The translations under genes were made by a program, and so were the position numbers. The notes under the pieces are model-generated. The model was not told the DNA's origin. It did not search any database and saw only the letters and a program-made list of their open reading frames with translations. This document shows positions 61,888 through 64,000 of a stretch of DNA of 64,000 nucleotides, one piece after another; within the stretch, counting starts at the first letter, position 1; every line of letters begins with the position of its first letter. Source of the stretch: Octopus vulgaris (lineage: Eukaryota); the NCBI GenBank assembly GCA_951406725.2, contig OX597829.1:20274001-20338000 (forward strand). The letters run 5' to 3'.

Positions 61888-64000
61888 ACTGAAAGAGGAA
61901 AAAAAAGAAAACAGTTGATATTGTTATGAGTTTAGCTATTGCAGTCTTGGTGACCCACATTGGAATTATGGTTCCGGCATGTCTGGGCGAAAACTGACAG
62001 TGCTTTGTTTAATGGAAGACTAATGGGTTTTGGAAGGACCTTTCTGGCCTTGTGCGGTCGATTAGGGGTCATTCTAGACACCCCTTGAATATGTCGTGAG
62101 AGAGGATGAGGGGGCAGAGAGTATGGTAGAGCTGTCATGAGAGGGTAATAGGCAGCAGGCGATAGAGATAGGCAGTAAGACCAGAGGGCAAATAGAAAGG
62201 CTATAAGCAGTAAGGGACAGAGATAGAGTAAGGGATCAGAGAGCAAATAGAAAGGCTATAAGTGGTAGAAACAGAGGGAGATGAGGTAGTGGGAAGGACA
62301 GAGACGAAGTGAGGTCTTGGCAGTGGGGAGTTGGTCGTCGAAGTGGACAGTCGGATTCTGGAGTCTTAGGAGCAAGCGTTGGAATGCGAGAGAACTTAGC
62401 GGCACAGAAGGGAATATGTACAGAGGAATTAGCAGTATTGAGAGATGAGTGCAGAATGGGACACTGGCGATTCAATTAGGAATTGAGGTATTTAATTGTA
62501 TTGATACGTGTTACGATGTAAAAGAAAAGAAAGAGAAAAGAAGAGAGAAAAAGAAGAACTCTGTCGATGTGACGTTATCTGTGATGTGTAGAAAAAGACT
62601 TTACAAGAACTGTTGTCTTCGGACGTGTACCTTTGAAATACTGTATATGACTTGTTGTGTCTCCGGACTGATATATTGTTACATGTATGTTGTTAAATGC
62701 TTGATCTGTGGTATACCCGTATGATGTATTGATTTGTTGTTTGCCTTAAATGCTTTGATGTTGTAACCATTGATTGTCATATAAACTAGTTGTTGAATAT
62801 AAGCCAGTGTTGCCAGTTGTTGCCTTGCCTCTTTTGGTGTCTCTCTCGGGTTGTATCTCTCGGGTTGTATCTCTGTATCTCTGTGCTGCTGCGGTTGTTG
62901 TTGTTGCAGTGCCTCTCTCTCCTCTCTCCGACTAGTTTCCGTAGCTTATTCGCTGCATCGAATCGGGCCTGTGTGTGAGGATTTCCGTAACAGTTTTCGG
63001 AGGCTCTCCCCACTCGTTTTGTAACAATATTTTTTTCAGCGTGGTTTAATTCATGATGGATTAAGACATTAAAAAATAAGGGAAAACAGTAATTAAACTG
63101 AATTATGAAAATTTTAAAGACTGCCATCTGATATTTGAAAAGATTTATCAGTTAATTTTTGTTGTTATATAAATGACTGAACAAATATCCTTTTACATAT
63201 GGTACACAGTATAAATATGATATAAAATTTCCTTCAATCGTGCACACATTACATTAGAAAAAGTCTTTCACAATATTGTCTCTCAGACCATACAGCTAAA
63301 ACCTTCAAAGTCATGACAAATCCTTGCTCTTGCAATTACTAATAATCTTCCTTGGTCACCTTATATACACAGCAGAGCAAATGCTGTATCCCAAGAGCTT
63401 AGATATTTGTATCTTCATTGACAGAAAATACATCAGTCTTAAACAACTAGTTATTGCCTGCAAAGCTTTTAATGAGATGTTCAATGAAATAATGAAATAC
63501 TCTCTCCTACATCTAGAACAGCACTGGTGCTTCAGAAACAAACATCACAGGCCACATGCAAAAACGAAAACACTCATTTGATTAGCAAGAAGTAACTCAC
63601 CAACACACTTTCATTTCTATCTTATAGGTGCACTGTCTCTTCACCCTACTTCTTCAGCTGCTACCCCACTGGACTATGTTCCTCACACATAGGTCATACC
63701 ATCTCTACTGAACCCCACTCATTTTTTCTCTCTAAACCTGTTCTATGTTCCCTCTCTAAAAATGCCACCCTGACCTCTGTACTTAATCCTTTCTCACCTG
63801 TAGGCAACAATCTGGTTTTCCACTCCATGACATCAACTGGTCCAAAGTCAAAGGGGCTATGAGTGTTGAGGGGCCATAACATTTTCCTGAATAAATGCAT
63901 AAAACAAACACTGTAAAAGATTTACAATAACATGCACATGTAAGTCATAACTGTTACAGTATAATTATGGAAGCTGAAAAAATAATAAAACTTATATCCA

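Noticed and set aside
61930-63020. Possible decayed PLE 3' region or coding exon on minus
   Set aside because: Only vague similarity, several stops, and no motif I can verify.

Overview
AT-rich, intron-containing eukaryotic DNA dominated by repeats. The SINE and LINE families look octopod (Octopus-like), but that is recognition from memory, not a database result. The only clear host gene is the 3' end of a DCN1-like neddylation E3 (DCUN1D4/5 type), with two exons on + at 1061-1163 and 7786-7847. The rest is mobile DNA and simple repeats: RTE and CR1/L2-type LINE fragments, tRNA-derived SINEs, Helitrons (one with a PIF1 helicase remnant), a DD41D Tc1/mariner deletion derivative, and a Penelope-like element (RT plus GIY-YIG) with inverted pseudo-LTRs (pLTRs). 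A 2.8-kb 63/65-bp minisatellite has grown out of an RTE 3' UTR. From about 16.4 to 52 kb a large (TA)n-derived field holds a collage of element fragments, amplified as short tandem LINE copies and then as three copies of an 8-9 kb composite unit. The most notable signals are: (i) several different minimal hammerhead-ribozyme motifs, one of them in the tail of a tRNA-headed SINE with Penelope-style inverted-tail architecture; (ii) repeated locally templated or fold-back insertions, one of which places a 121-bp inverted repeat around a coding exon; (iii) a shared, covarying 3' stem-loop linking the SINEs to the LINEs in this window. Most long ORFs in the supplied track are microsatellite or minisatellite artefacts.
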